From contig NW_003314273.1 of NCBI RefSeq assembly GCF_000143415.4, positions 1,456,052-1,520,051 of the forward strand: DNA of 64,000 nt, given 5' to 3'. The stretch comes from Selaginella moellendorffii (Eukaryota > Plantae > Lycopodiophyta). Of the stretch, positions 1 to 14,080 are shown piece after piece. The notes under the pieces are model-generated. The model had not been told where the DNA came from, did not search any database, and was given only the letters and a program-made list of their open reading frames with translations. The position numbers and the translations under genes were made by a program. Position 1 is the first letter of the stretch. Each line of letters opens with the position of its first letter.

Positions 1-1079
1 AGGCATCTATATTTCAATCACCATTTTCTCTATATAAAAACTCATATAGAAAGAATTGAAGGGGATGTTGAAGTAAAATATGCAGAAATAATGAAATTAT
101 TTTAAATAAAATAATTACACTCTTTACACTTTTCACTTAGTACTATACAATTCCAAAAACTCTGTCTAAAGGGACGATCAACTAAATTGCATGACAAAGT
201 TTATATGCATATGTAGTTGAAGTCAGTCTTAAATCTATAGTTTTTAAATATTATCATATTTTCATATACTTTAGTAGCACTTGCTTTATTAAGGGAATAA
301 ATTTTGGAGTTAAATAAATAATCAAGTAAAAATTATATTTATTCAATCATATTAAGATTTCAATTAAAATAAAATTTTTAGATATGATATTAAGCATTTA
401 AGTAAACTTATAAATTCAAAATTTATATTTTTAGCTGTAATTCATTTTGAAAACATATTTAAATAATAAAAATCAGATTAATAATATTAATAAATAGAAT
501 ATTCAACTGTTATATTATATTATAAGTAAATGATGGTTTATATGGCTATTGTTTACTAAAATAATTAAAATTAAAAAAATAAGATTATAGATCAAGCTTT
601 AAATTATAAACTTTATTAATAGAATTGAGTAAGGCTTTTCCTGTCAGTACTTGCATTTTAACCCCTGCTTGCAAAATAGTGACAAATAAATATAGGTAAG
701 AACATGAAGAAGAGAAGAAGAATAAAAGAGAACTCAATCTCAAACTCTAAAGGCATGAATAAAGATAAACATATATTATTCTCTCAACTCTACTTTGCAT
801 AAATAGTTATAGACAGGAGAAAAGGTAGGTAATTCAATGCAAATGTATAGAATAGTGAGTGGGGGTTTTTTTCCAACATGTTTAAGTGCTACTTATATAC
901 TATATGATTTATAAGCATTCTTAACTATTTCACACTTGTTTATAACAATTGTTGCCTAGGTTAATTCTTTCTTCTTTGGATGCCTAAGCTTAGATGTAAC
1001 TTTATTTCACCTAAGCTTTCTTTTTTTTCTCTGCCTAGGATGATACATAAAATAAAACATTTACCTCTTTATCACTCCC

Positions 1080-4000
1080 CCATGACAAAGCTACTATCTA
1101 TCCTTAGGTAGTCAGAGTCTCCAAATCTTGCTCCAGATTGTTAAGCTTGATCTTCATAATGACAAGCTAACCACTTTAGTGTAGATCATTGAGTTCCTAA
1201 TGCATAATCTAATTTTCCTAGTCAAGTATTGCAATATGCTAGTCTTAGCAATTGATGTGCTTTGTATCAATGGACGTGGAAGCCAGGACTGTGCTTTTGA
1301 GTTCTCGGATTATGTGGCACTAATGATTTTGCTTGCCCATGACTCCATCCACTTTCTTGGTGATTGTCTTGAGGTAACTCAAGATCTATACACAGTATTT
1401 GCTGTTTCTTTATCTTTTACTAGCTGCATTGGCTTGTTAATTGGCTGCTTGCCTATTTCTCTATAAAGCTTCAGACTGCTAGCTCGCTCGGTTGACTCGC
1501 AGCCTTATGAGCGAAGGCATGGCTAGCATTGACCTTGTAGTGCTGCTGCGGCATCTACTACTACTATGATTGCCTCATCTCACTAGACTAATCAGGTGAG
1601 GGTGTGTCATTGTCGAATGCATAGGTGGACTGTAGAAAATTTAGCCCATACTCCTCTAGTTCATGTAGACCCTCTTTTGTAACCTTGTCCTTTTTGTCCC
1701 ATTGAGTTTCTTTGCTGCGATCTTCTTGGCCTAAACTTGCCTTATTAGTTGTATTTACAGCCAATGGTTATGCAACATCTGTAAGTGCATCGTGTGTTGG
1801 ACTTTATGGCTTAAGTTATGGAATTTCTTCCACAACTTTAATGTCCATCTTTCACCTAGTGTTGTCCATTTATGTACTCATCACTTCTTCGATGCTTGAA
1901 AAAATTTGTATCAGCATCAGAGTTGTCTCTATAGATGTAGATGAGTCACAATTCTGTTTTTGATCTAGGTGTGGTGTTTTATTACTATACTTGTTGTGTC
2001 CAACTTTTCTACAGCATACTCAGCCATTAGATTTCTGTGGAGTGAACCCTAGAGGTTTCACAGCTTCGATTTTTGGATTTAGACAAAGTTTTTTTTTTAG
2101 GGGAAAATTTTCCTCACTTGAATCTGTATCATTGGGATTCTCCTCTATATCCACATCCCTAGTTATCTCTCTAGGAGGAGATATTGGAGGTGGAGGCTCA
2201 ATGGCAAGGTGAGGTGTGGCATTCTCCTAAGTTGTGTAATGCTCATAGATGTGCCACAAAAACATGAAGACTCTAGTCTTCACTTTCTTTCCCTTGCCTA
2301 CCTGTAAGCAAATATTTTTCATTTTGGCCACAAATCCATTGTAAGAGTAATGAGCTATATTTATTTGCCATCTAGTCTAAATAGCTTCCAATAGGCAAGC
2401 TATCTTAAAGCTAGTATTTTACACAAGCATCCTCTCGTCGATGATGGCACACAATACCTTAAGCCTAAGATGATAATCGAGCTTCAAGTAAGTGAAGTTG
2501 CCTCTTCATCCAGATGTGTAGTTAGAAAGGACGTATTGATCGAGCATGTGATTCTTCTTGCTCATCATAATTATTTCGCCCTCATTGTCTAGGCAAAAAA
2601 TCTAAACAAACTGAGTGAGTTCAAAGGGATGGATTCGCCCATGGAAAAGAAAAATATGCTTTGTTGAGTACCACGTCTATATGAGCTAGATCCTTTACTC
2701 AATTGATATTTCTCCTTTAAACAGTTTTGCATAAGCAAGTAACCCAAACGTATTAAGCCAAAACTTGTCATAAGGAGAAAGCACAAGCTCCCTAAACTAT
2801 TTGGCCATAATCAAGCTCTTTGTCGCTAAATGAGATTTCCTCTACATGCTCATCTTGCCCAGGCATTTTTGCCATCTATGGAGATTTGTACGCAAAACAC
2901 TCGGTGTTAGGCAATTGGGAGATGTAGTGTGGTGTCAATGGAGGTGCCTAAGAGAGATCTTGCATCAACAGTGCTTCAAGAGTGGAGTTGATGGCTTGTG
3001 GTAGTGGCGTGAGGACAAAATCACTCTACCCAATTGAAAGTGTGCTCAACCCAGTAGGCAATAGTGATGGAGTTTGCTTTTGCACGGCCTTAGGCAACGT
3101 TTGAGCTACCGTACATTGCTTTGGAACTAAACTTAGAATATTAGTGCATCTTGGCAAAGGTGTAGGTGTAGAGTGAGTGAGAGGGAAAAAGTGAGAGAGA
3201 AAAAGAAGCTCCTTAGTCACTTCCAAATTACCTAAGTTGCCCTTCTTTACTATGTTAGCCTTAAGCTTTATTCTCTTACCTTTGTTTTCTTTTGTATGCA
3301 AACGTATTGTTGAAAAAAGATTTCCTTCTTGGCCTAGTAATCTTTGCTCATTAATCCTTGTGGTTTGCTAGCAGAGTTTATAGAATGAAGCAAGAAAAAT
3401 GTAGACATTACTCCTAGAGTATCTACCTCTTCTTTTATTTTTCTCTAAGTCTTGCATTGCTTGGAGAAAATTTCTATAGGCCATACCAACAAGATTTTGA
3501 GGGAAGGCCTACTCCATAGAAAGAAATATCTATCCAATGTATTTCTTGATTTCTTTCTTTGGAACTTCCCTATCAAAGAAAGCACTTCAATATTTAAAGG
3601 TTTCTATAGTATAAAGATGAATCTTTCCTAGGGGATATATATTTTCCATTTGTTCTAAATGAACAGATTCTTGTTTAAGCTTATCAAAAAAGATTACTCC
3701 TTCTATTTAGTTCTACTGATCTAATTCTATGGGGAGATGGAAAAGTTAGGAAATAAGATCTTGAGTGATCTTAATATCCCCTCTATCCATTTTGAAAGCC
3801 AGTTTTACAGAATCCCATAATTGAAGAACTAATTTGCTTTTTTATGGTTCTACAAAATTTGATGTAACTTTGTAGAATTTTTTTTAGACCCCTATCCTTC
3901 ATCTAGTTGGCCACTTTAACTATGCACCTAGGTAGCTCATTATGATGAATCCCTATGAGGGCTTCATCCACAACTTATCCATAGTTTTGTACCCTAAGAT

Positions 4001-4810
4001 ATAATATTTATGCTTATATCTTCATGGTACTTCCTTAAACGGTTTAAATTTACTATTGTAGTATCATCCCTGTTTAAGGTGTGCACTTTAGCTGTTCTTC
4101 GAGCTAATATCTTAGACAAAATAAATAGATTATTCCATTTTCTCTTGAATTTATTTCTAAGAGTATCTATTTTACCTTGATACCAAAAACCTTATATCTT
4201 GGTCTAAGCTCATAAAAAGTTTTCAATTGTTTATTATGCCTAGCTTTTTTGGCATTTTAAATTGCATTCAGGGTCTAAATTGCTCTAAGCTTAAGCTTAT
4301 CCAAGTTTTCTATTTTAGCAAGTCTTTGTTGAAGAGCTTCTTTTTCGTCTAAGCCATTTTTAATAGCAATATACAAAGAGGGAATTATAAATTCTATAGG
4401 CATTAAAACTTTATGGCCATAGGTAAGACAAAATGGTGCCATGTAGGTGGATACTTTATATGTAGTCATATAAGCCCATAAAGCATTTAAGATTTTCTCA
4501 TCCCAATCTTTTTGATTGTCCTTTACAATCTTTTTCAATATATTTTAAGCACTTTGTTAGTAGATTCAACCTAACCATTCTCTTATGGGTAATATGGCAT
4601 GAACTTTTTGTGTGTAAGGATGAATTCTTGTATAAAAATTTCTATTATTTCATTGATGAAATGGGTGCCTTGTGACGATCTCCTTAGGCAAACCGATGTT
4701 TTCATAGAGGAATTTAGTAATGTTAATGGCTGAGGCTTATTTCATAAGCATAACTTATGCCTATTTAGTCACATAATCAGTAGCAACTAAAATGTATTTG
4801 TTCCTCTTAC
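1080..4810 (-). mobile_element. Decayed Ty3/Gypsy (non-chromovirus, Tat/Athila-like) internal region: integrase remnant plus extra 3' ORF remnants
   Basis: Minus-strand integrase motifs: ILVATDYVTK (~4790), QGTHF (~4670), PYYP*ENG*VESTNKVL (~4600-4550) and ORF 4275-4538 (KDWDEKILNALWAYMTTYKVST..PFCLTYG). Many stops; AT-rich and CpG-depleted. Boundaries approximate. Confidence 0.75.
4275..4800 (-). pseudogene. Gypsy integrase core/C-terminal fragment
   Basis: W..L..ALWAY.T..K.ST...PF.L.YG signature with in-frame stops upstream. Confidence 0.85.
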
Positions 4811-7354
4811 TGCTTGTCACCTTCTTTATTGTTTTTTTTAAATTTTATATGGCTTGATCTTCAAAGCTACCAAGTAGCATTGCATGTCCCACAACCAGAG
4901 CAAAATCACCATCACAAGGGGGTCTATAACCAGCCTCAGCCTACTTTTGTCATATTATAGCAATAGATCATGGTGGTTCAATAGATCATAGTTCCCAGCA
5001 ATCTCCTAATGTTTTTAATTGCTATAAAGTCTATTAGTGGGTTCTGTTAAAGCTAGAAAATATAGAGCAAGGACTTAAATCCATTGGCTATAAATAAATT
5101 ATTGCCTTCTTGTATAATATTCCAGCTCTAGACAATTTGATATCTTAAAAATTGGAAATAAAAAAATAAAAAGAACTATATCAAGAACCTGAAGCTTCCA
5201 TTTTCTGTTGCTACTGCTTCATACTTCCTTGGAGATTAGTTGCCTTCCTTGTGTAATTTCCTATGCTCTACTCTAACAACTAAGAAGACCTCCCTAGCAA
5301 GCACATGTTTCCTTCGGAAGCTTGTTTTTCTTACTGCCAGTCTTACCAAAAGGACAAGAAGAGGCTCATAGAAAAAAATAAAATAAATAAAAACTAGGAA
5401 GCCAGATGAGCGATGAGGCTGTGGTTGTGAAGTGGAGGTTCTGTGGAAGTGGAAGATTGCTTCAAGGCTGCAAAACTTAAGCCTCTAGTTGGAGACGCAA
5501 AGTTACTGTTGCTGCTGTGGCAATCAACACCTCTGAACCAAACCTAATCACAGCAATGGCAGCTGAGAAGCAGCACCATGGTGGAGTAATGGCTTCCATG
5601 GAGAGAGTGCCACCCAAGAGAGATCTTGCTAGGAGAGAAGGAGAGATGGTGCTGCTGACCTAGCCTAGAAGGGAGAGCTAGAGAATATAATTACAAACTG
5701 TATTACAAATTGCATAACACTAATGACAAACATAAATTTCACAAGTTCCTTTTATGTATTTGGAAATCACTACTGGATTCACACATAATGCTGACTATTA
5801 TAAGTGTAGTTTCAATTCGAAAAAATAAATAAAAACTATTCTCTCTATCTTTAGTATAATGGTTAAACTTCAACTACAGCAAAGTTGTCTCATAACAAAG
5901 AGATTTCATAAAAGTCATATGAAATCAAGTTTGTTTAAAAATATAAATGGATCATCAGTATTTTACAAGTTATTTTATCTTTAGATTTTATGATTATAAT
6001 TTTTAAGGTTTATCATTATCAAATAATCTCAATATTGAGAAATCATAAATATATATAACTCTAAATCATAATTTTATAACTACTAATAATATAATAATAA
6101 AGTAGATATCAAACTCTTGTATTTTAATATTTTAGAGAATATAATAATAATTATAGAAAAGCTTAGATTTAAATCTTGCTCTTACACACATTGTCTCTTA
6201 GAAGGAATTATAACAAAGAGACCCATAAAATCAAAAAATCTTTAAGAATGCAGAATTTCCAATAACTCTATATTCCATTACCACATCCATAACAATATTA
6301 TATACTATTATATTGATTATATTTTAATTTAAATATATTTATCTTTATTGTTAGCATATTATATTCTTTATTTAAGCTATAACCAGTTTGTAAATCCACA
6401 CATAATACATTTGTCATTGTTGAAAGCCACTATTCACTCAAGTAATCATCATCGAATGCCACATCTAAAGATAAAACCATTATAGAATACTATAATAAAA
6501 GCCTCTTTACCATTACACATCTAGAAAAGCCATCATGTTAAATGGCTTTTATTGTGAAAAACTACATAAATTCCAAAAGCCACAATCTTTGGCTCATTAT
6601 GATTCTGGTGATGTGCATATGAAATTTGTAAGATGCTTAGGTTAGGGTTGAGAAGTTTGTCAATGAGCATTGTTAGTGCAGGGAATATCAACTGGGATAT
6701 ATCATTTTTGTGTGAGTGGTCTTTTTGTCAAGTGAGTGTTAAAACATCTTAGTGCCTTTAGAAAGTGGGAAGAGTGACAAACTTTCTCACTGATATGTTG
6801 ATTTATATAAAGTGTTGGAGCACATTGATAATGCAACTTATTAGGTCAGTGTGAAGATTCATCCAATATTTTATGTAAGCAAGTTGAAAGGTGTGCTATC
6901 TTGGAGTGAAGAGCCCAGTGACTCTTTGATGCATAAGGCTCTGGATGACGGACTAGGAGTTTGAGTAAAGTTCCCTAAAAAAGGTGATCACCAATTCAAC
7001 TCATCCTTGGGATAAGGACTTTATTCAAAGGGATGAATTGTTAAGTGCCAAATTTAACCACATCATTAATGTTCAACTAAAGGGTATATTAATGCTTGAA
7101 CTTAGGGTTAAGGATACCTAACCTACCACATTAGGAGCGGTGGCATGGTGGAGCTTTTGAGGTAGCTTGGAGTGGTTGGGTGGTGAGGAACCAGAAAGAG
7201 ATGTAATATAGTCCAGGCAAACCTAAACCTCTTTTTCTTTGTTATTTACTACTGGATTATGATATCTATGTTCTTATTCCACCATTGCCAGAACTCTCAT
7301 TTGACTATGCTATTCTCAGACTTTCTCTTTTGTGTTGCATGGTTACTGTTCCAG

Positions 7355-9450
7355 GTTCATATAGGATGGAGATCAGCATCTTCTTGCTTGGATTGCTGAA
7401 CTTCATATAAAATCAGGAAGACAAAGCCATGTCCTGCATGCAGCATGCAGAATCTTGACCTCCTGTGGAGAACACCTTGTTTAGTGTGGGATGCAAGCTG
7501 AGAGAGTAAAATCCAAGTAGAAAAGAGACATTGTAGTGACATCCCTGCATGGATTGGCAGACTGTAAGTAGCTTTGAAAGAATTAAGATGTAGACACCTG
7601 CTTCTTTCTTTTTTTCTAAAACACAACTGAGAACAAGTAGAAAGAGGTAGAGTTTAATTAGTTGCAAAGCTTGCAGCTGAACTAATAGTTTTGTGAAACA
7701 CAAGTTCAGTTTGGAAGATGGCCTGATGAAGATTACAAGGTAACTCTGTTATGTATGGTTTGTATTTTCATAGCTATTATGTTCTAGAGAAATGGCAGAA
7801 ATTTTAATATCGGCACACAAAGACAATGAAGAAGGGAATGATGGACACCACATCAATCAGCAGGTAATTCTATATTCTTTCTCATTCGACAGCGTTTTTT
7901 GCTTAGATCAGGACGAGCTATCTGGTCTAACTCATTCTCAAGGCAACCTCTAGAAACTTCATTGTTTCTACACAACCCTCGTCCTGATAGAGATGTTGCT
8001 GAAGATAATTCGTAATGAGTTAAGTTCAAGCATAAAGACTCTTGGATAATTCTCTGCATTCTTCATTTTTTCTTTGTGTGTGCCTACAGCTTAGCGTTTC
8101 AAACATGACCACACTAGCCATTTGGAAGCTGTTCTCTCCTTTACAGCTGTTGTGTTGTTTGTTGCCCGAGAAAGTCTCTTTTGCCATATTTTCTCACCAG
8201 TGGCTCGGTGATGACACCCACTATAATCGTACTTCCCAAGCATGGCAGAGATCATGGCTCTTTGTCTCTTTATGTTCTCAGGTGTTGGATTTCAAGTCAT
8301 GAAAAGGACGGAGTTTGCATTGGGCCTGACTTCAGGATCTTTGTAAATTCGTTCATCACAGTTTTTCAGCTTTGCATTGTTCTCATAAGTTGGCACAGCT
8401 TGAACTCTTATGTCTTACAGGTTACAATGACTGATGATCAATGTCTTACATTATGTTCGAACATGATCATTTTTGGGCTGGTGACTGAGAACTTGATCAT
8501 CACTCCAAATCTCGAGGATCACAGGGTCCTATGGTTCAAGAAACATTCGACAAGCAGGAAATGTATGAAGCTGTGGTTGGAGTAATATCTTCACGAGCTG
8601 TATCCTTTTTCTCTGGTTGCTGATGTTCTGTTGCAATGAAGATAAGCGTCTTACCTCAGGAGAGAAAGACTGCACAATTAGTGCTAATCAGGTATTGCTG
8701 GTTCTGTTTTTCTCGCAAAATTTAATTTTTTCCATCAGGTGTCCGAGGCTGGCGACTTTAAGCAATCATATTGGCGGCAAAGTTTTGGAGGTTGATTTAA
8801 CAAAAAAGTGGCTGTGTACAGGTAATATCTTTAATATTCACGGATAATTAACCACTAATGGCTCACCATGCAGGAAGAGATTTTTCATGCTTGTCAAAAT
8901 ATAGTATGAAGGGTAAACTCATTGGATTTCCATTCCAGGTGCTTATGTCTTATGCTTTCAGTTATGGACAATCTGCCAGCTAGGGACGAGGTGAGAGGGT
9001 CAGTCAGGCTCACTGGCGGGGCCACCGGAGTAACCTGGCTCAGCGAAAAAGCTTCGTTCTTGCTGGCGACCATAGACGAAAGGCTGAGTGCACAGCTGTA
9101 CTGATCGTGGCCAGTTTTGTCTCGTGAGTTCTACAGTTTTTCTTTTTCTTTTTCTTTTGCAGTGAGCCTTCTGTGGGTTTCTGGACCAAAATGGAGGTGA
9201 AGATGTTGGCTTAGCAACTGGTCATTGGGAATGGGTCATTTTTGTGGTGATCTAGAGCTCAAGAGTTTAATTCGATGGTTGGATGCTTCTTAGGTAAGAG
9301 TTTCAGGTAATCAAATCTTGGAGATAGATCTTCTGTGATATTTTATTAATTCTGCAGCGTCGAATGCTTGAAGCTCAACATGAGGTAAATTTGAGATTTA
9401 CTTCAAAGATGAAGCGATCTTTAGCAAACTTCTAGATCGTCAGGCATTTA
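7355..9450 (+). pseudogene. Multi-exon gene-like remnant of unknown identity
   Basis: Series of pyrimidine-tract/AG acceptors and GT donors at short spacing (e.g. ttccag at ~7354, GACT|gtaagt ~7563, CAG|gtaatt ~7863, TAG|gtaag ~9293). I could not assemble a stop-free product. Confidence 0.3.
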
Positions 9451-10309
9451 TTACCGTTAGTGCCGTCTCCTTTAGCAAAATCTGAAGTTGGGTCATGTTG
9501 GCCTCCCATTGATGTCAAACTTGGGAGAGCTTTCTGCTTGCTATGTTGAGAAAGACCTCTCTTTTCAATCCAAAACACTTATCGATGTCTTCTCTTGAGT
9601 TCACTATAAAGCTCCAGGCCTTGCATTGTACTCTAGAAACTTCAAAAAGATGGATACCAGATTTTGCAAAGAGTTGACTGTGTAAGCATAGAGTGCATTC
9701 ACGAACTTCATTCTTGGTGGTAAGCATGTACTTCCTGGGTGGAAATGGTGAAAGGTGGAGAGGACTCTCATCAGGCCTCACAAGTCTTCTCTCTCAAGCA
9801 TAAAGTTGGAAAGTTCTTGGAAGTTCTTTGAGTCTGTCACTGATATTTTAAAGCCATTGTGACGCCTGATATCTTTAGCGCAATTGCGGTTCCCAGAGGT
9901 TTATCAGGCCTTCCGGGTCACGTCTCAAAGAGTCCAATCAAATATAATTCTCTCCAGCTCCAGTGAATGAATGAGACCAGAAAACAAAAACTCCGAGCTA
10001 TGGTTGTATATGTGTACGAACGAATCACGAGTAATCTAGCCGTCTTCTCTGAATTTTTAGTGTTTTGGGCGATTGATGGTGTTTTCGATAGCCATGGCAG
10101 GGAAAAACGTAATTTACTTTCCCAGAACAGCTGGGAGCTCAGATAGTTTCATTTTGAACAACAATGACTCTTCACGGGGTGACTTGGCACTCTCTTTTAA
10201 TTACAGGAATCGAGGTTGTCATTAGGGCTATCGCCGTCTTCGTATCTGCAGTTCAGGATTCGAATCACTAACAATTCCTAGGTTACAATCGGCGTGAACA
10301 GCAAGTCAA

Positions 10310-11533
10310 ATGGCAACTTCTTTAAGACGACGAGCCACGGTGACTATGCCCGTTTTTGCGGGGTCTATGGGAGACTCAATTATACAATCATTTACCACGT
10401 AAATATTTCCAGATTCTTGTTTTTTACTTGAAAACCCTTTTCAGCTATGAAGATTATCTGGACAGCCAAATATCTGCAACCGACCTGTTTTACCTCGAGG
10501 ACATAGATCTAGCAAGAAAGCTAATCGAGCTTGGGTAGGAAGATCTTTCTGCCCCTAAGATTCTCAATCATGTAATAATTTTAATCAGCTATCGAAGCAA
10601 CGCAGAAATTATGACTAGAAATCAGTTTGTTGCTCAGAAGGAAGCCGCGGAGCAAGCACGGTTACTGGTACACATATGTATTTTTAGCTTTCCTTAATGA
10701 TTTTAGATGCTGTCTTTGTGTAGGCCTTAAAAAAGGTTCCCAAGAAAATCTTTTCATCTGGGAAGGATCTCTCAGGCTTCCCGGTGCTTCAAGCTTTGGC
10801 AGAGAGAGAGATTCCAATTAGAAACGGAACATTATCGGTACCAAAAGATCCTTTTTCCTGTGTGTTTTGCTAGAATTGTGACTTTCAAACTACACAGACA
10901 ATTGTCTACATTCGAGACTTCAATGCGAAGGGCCATGAAGTAAGTCAACATAAGTTTGTTTATTCTCGTTTCCAAGTGAAAATATTCTGGGCAAGAAGAT
11001 TTCAGGATATGTTGATTACGGGGAAAGAATACGAACTGAAGATTTGGAGCCAGTGTTCGAACTCAAAAAGCGATTTCTTCCCGCACTATTTGACCTGTCA
11101 TATTATAATTGGTATAAGATATTTTAGTATGAAACCGTACCTTACTAAAACTATTTTACAGGACTACGCTGCAAACATTTCAAAACTCGTCATTGAATTT
11201 TCAGGCAAGATGAGGATAAACTTCTATTACTAAGTTATGGTATTTATTGACCATAGGTCGTTGCAGAAGGCGATGCTGGTGTAATGTTTAAAAGCAAAAA
11301 GGACCGAAAGATGTTGAATGTAAGAAATTCCTTACATTTTACTTCTTTAGGATCACTGGGAGAATGTATTTGTGTAGGTCCATGCTGCTATGGATCCAGG
11401 GGATAACTCTACGAGGACTGAAGTATGTCCATCTCTGAATTTCATGTAGCTTGATAGTTCCTTGCAGATTCCAACACACGAGTATAAACAAGCTGTGCTT
11501 TTTGACCATGTTACGCGAAAGAAAGGCTTGTAG
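10310..11533 (+). CDS. CFAP299: Cilia- and flagella-associated protein 299 (C4orf22/DUF4464 family), 10 exons, 247 aa
   Basis: Exons 10310-10398, 10445-10534, 10589-10667, 10724-10837, 10898-10939, 10999-11111, 11162-11204, 11257-11319, 11378-11422 and 11468-11533 join to a 744-nt open frame: ..[109 protein letters not shown]. Introns are 45-60 nt; one is GC-AG. Confidence 0.93.
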
Positions 11534-12772
11534 AAACGCCTACTTGTCTCAATTCAAAATGTTGAGACATTTTGATGATGTATCATCGTATGATGATACA
11601 TGCTTGTATCATGTATCATGTATCATCATACTTAAAAAATGGTTTCTTGGAGCCTGGCATATTAGTTGCCTCGATCTGGATCCAAAAATAACGAAACACT
11701 TCACCTCATGCAGGCAACGTCCACTAGTGACAACCTCAGTGGTTCTCACAGAAATTCTTCGTCTCAATTCAATCGTCTGATATGGTGCCTCGTACTGCAT
11801 TTGATCAGGGCTTCTTAATCATGCTTGTACATGGGAGTGTCGCAATGTTGACCTTGCAAATAAATTAAAACATCTTGCTACTAACGGTTTACTTGTCAAA
11901 TAGATTAAACAAGTATTATGTTTTGAAGTTTGGTACTTGTGCCATCGGAACCCTGGAAACAGTTGAAGATGTGCTTTGTTGACATTGAAATGGGCTAAGG
12001 TCACGCCGTTAGGACTAAGTGCTGATGTGACAAAGTGGTTCATGCTTAGAGGACAGAGAAGATGAGCAGTGGGTGCTGAGTGTGAGTGTTCTTGAGCCTC
12101 AGGGTGACAATCACTCTTGCTTCTTAATGAGAGCTTGTCCCAGTTATGGTGTGAGGTGACACAGGAGCCACTGCTTCTAGCATTGTGCTGAAAGCATTGA
12201 TGTCATGAGCATGACTACTCTTATCATGCTCCCAACAGGTCACTGATTTCTTTCTCTAACATGGTCCATCAATGAAGGACAGGCATTGCTAGCATCAGTG
12301 TCTCAAATGTGATGCAATAAATTGGGGCAAAGGTTTGCTTTTTGAGGCATAATAGCCTGCTTCTCTGTTTGAACATCCCATGCGTGAGATGAAGCTTACT
12401 GTGGCTGAAGCAGGCTAGCAATTTCTTCTAGGAAAATGGCAAGTACTAAGGCAAATGAAGCTTAGGATATAATGAGGAGTCAGGCATGTACTCTTGGTAT
12501 GAGAGCTATACAATTCTTGAGCAGTGTTTTAGACCAAGGTCTTGAGATTTAGTTCCTAACACAGAGTTCCCAGCTTAGAGACGCTGCACATGTGACCATC
12601 ACCGTCATTTTCTGTGTGGTGACAGTGATAAAATGACGGTGGCACTGTACATGTAATCATCATCCACGTCAGATTATTCTAGAATATTCTAAAATCAAGT
12701 TACTGTTGAGTTAGTGCTGATTTGTCATTGATTAATGCCACATCATTAGGGTTCATGTGGATGAACAGAGCA

Positions 12773-14015
12773 ATGGCTATGGTTTCTGTGGTTGCTGCGG
12801 CTGCTGCTGCAGTTGATCAGTTGGTTGTTGGTTATAGAAGATCTAAAAGGCATCTCAGAGAAGATCTTGAGGATGAGAGGTTTGAAGCTGCTCTTTAACA
12901 ACAATCAGTGCTGGTGTATCATCAATGTGCTTGGTAGTAGTTGGGAGTTGGTTGCAACTGAACTTCTTTCAGGAGGGTGATTTCTATATCAGACCAAGGT
13001 CTCTTCATTGGTTTCCTCATTGGGTGGACAAGGTTGGAATGCAAAATCCAACAAGGTGGAGAGAGTTCTTCAGAGTTTTTGAGGAGCAGTTCATGACAAT
13101 CTGCAAACTTGTTGCTCCGTCAATGCAGAAAAACATTCCATCTAGATATGTTCCTGTTGGTAAGCAAGTTGTCATTGCTTTATGGAGATTAGCTTCAGGT
13201 GATTCTTTTGCTAGTTTGGCAGAGCATTTTGGTGTTTCTAAAACAACTGTCTGGAAGTATTGTCAGAAGTTCTCCAACACAACATTCCAGCATCTAGGAC
13301 AATTTCTTGCGTGGCCAGCAAATTTGTCAGCAGTAAAAACAGGTTTCAAGAGTCTTTGTGGCTTCCCAAATTGCTGTGGTGCAATTGACTGCACGCATTT
13401 CGAAGTTGAGCTTCCTGGAAATGCTTTTGCAAGTGATTATTACAACAAGGACAAGGATTACTCAATTGTCATGCAAGCAATCGTGGATAGTGAAGCAAGG
13501 TTCCTGGAAATTTGAGCCTGGGAGTTGCAACGACAACCGTTTTGAGGAAGAGTTCATTCTATAGAAGAGCTCAATCAGGTGAGATTGTTAACAGACCAGT
13601 AGTCTCAAGAGGCCAATACCAGTTTCGGGAGTACATCATCGGAGACTATGAGCTTCCGTGGTTGGTTATACCGTTTCTAGGTGCAAATGGAACTGAATTG
13701 AGGGAAGCATTCAACTTTTACTTGTTGTCTTCGAGGATGGTATGTGAGAGAAGTTTCAAATTGCTTAAAGGTTGTTGGAGAATGTTTAGGAAGCTGGTTG
13801 AAGTTGAGACCATCACTCAGCTAACAGTTGCCATAAAAACAGCTTGCATTCTGCATAACTTCATTATTGGTACAGGTGACATAGGGGAAATAGACATTGA
13901 GCCTGAGCCAGTGACTAATTGACCACAAGGCTGGCAACCGGAGCCTCATGTTGCTGCTACAGAGCTTAGAAACATTCTCACTACTTATGAAAAAGACTTA
14001 AACAAATCCACTTGA
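12773..14015 (+). pseudogene. Harbinger (HARBI1-like, DDE_Tnp_4) transposase, frameshifted
   Basis: VVIALWRLASGDSF..FGVSKTTV HTH, GFPNCCGAIDCTH, YSIVMQAIVD..FL, IIGD, R.VCERSF.LLKG.W and ACILHNF. Frameshifts and stops near 12900 and 13513. Confidence 0.92.
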
Positions 14016-14080
14016 AGCTCACGAATTTGTTTATTTTAGTGTGCTCTATTTAACACACAAACTCAAGTTTTATTTTTCAG

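Noticed and set aside
6600-7150. Possible LINE 3' remnant on the minus strand (GRLGILNP)
   Set aside because: A single weak motif in heavily decayed sequence.
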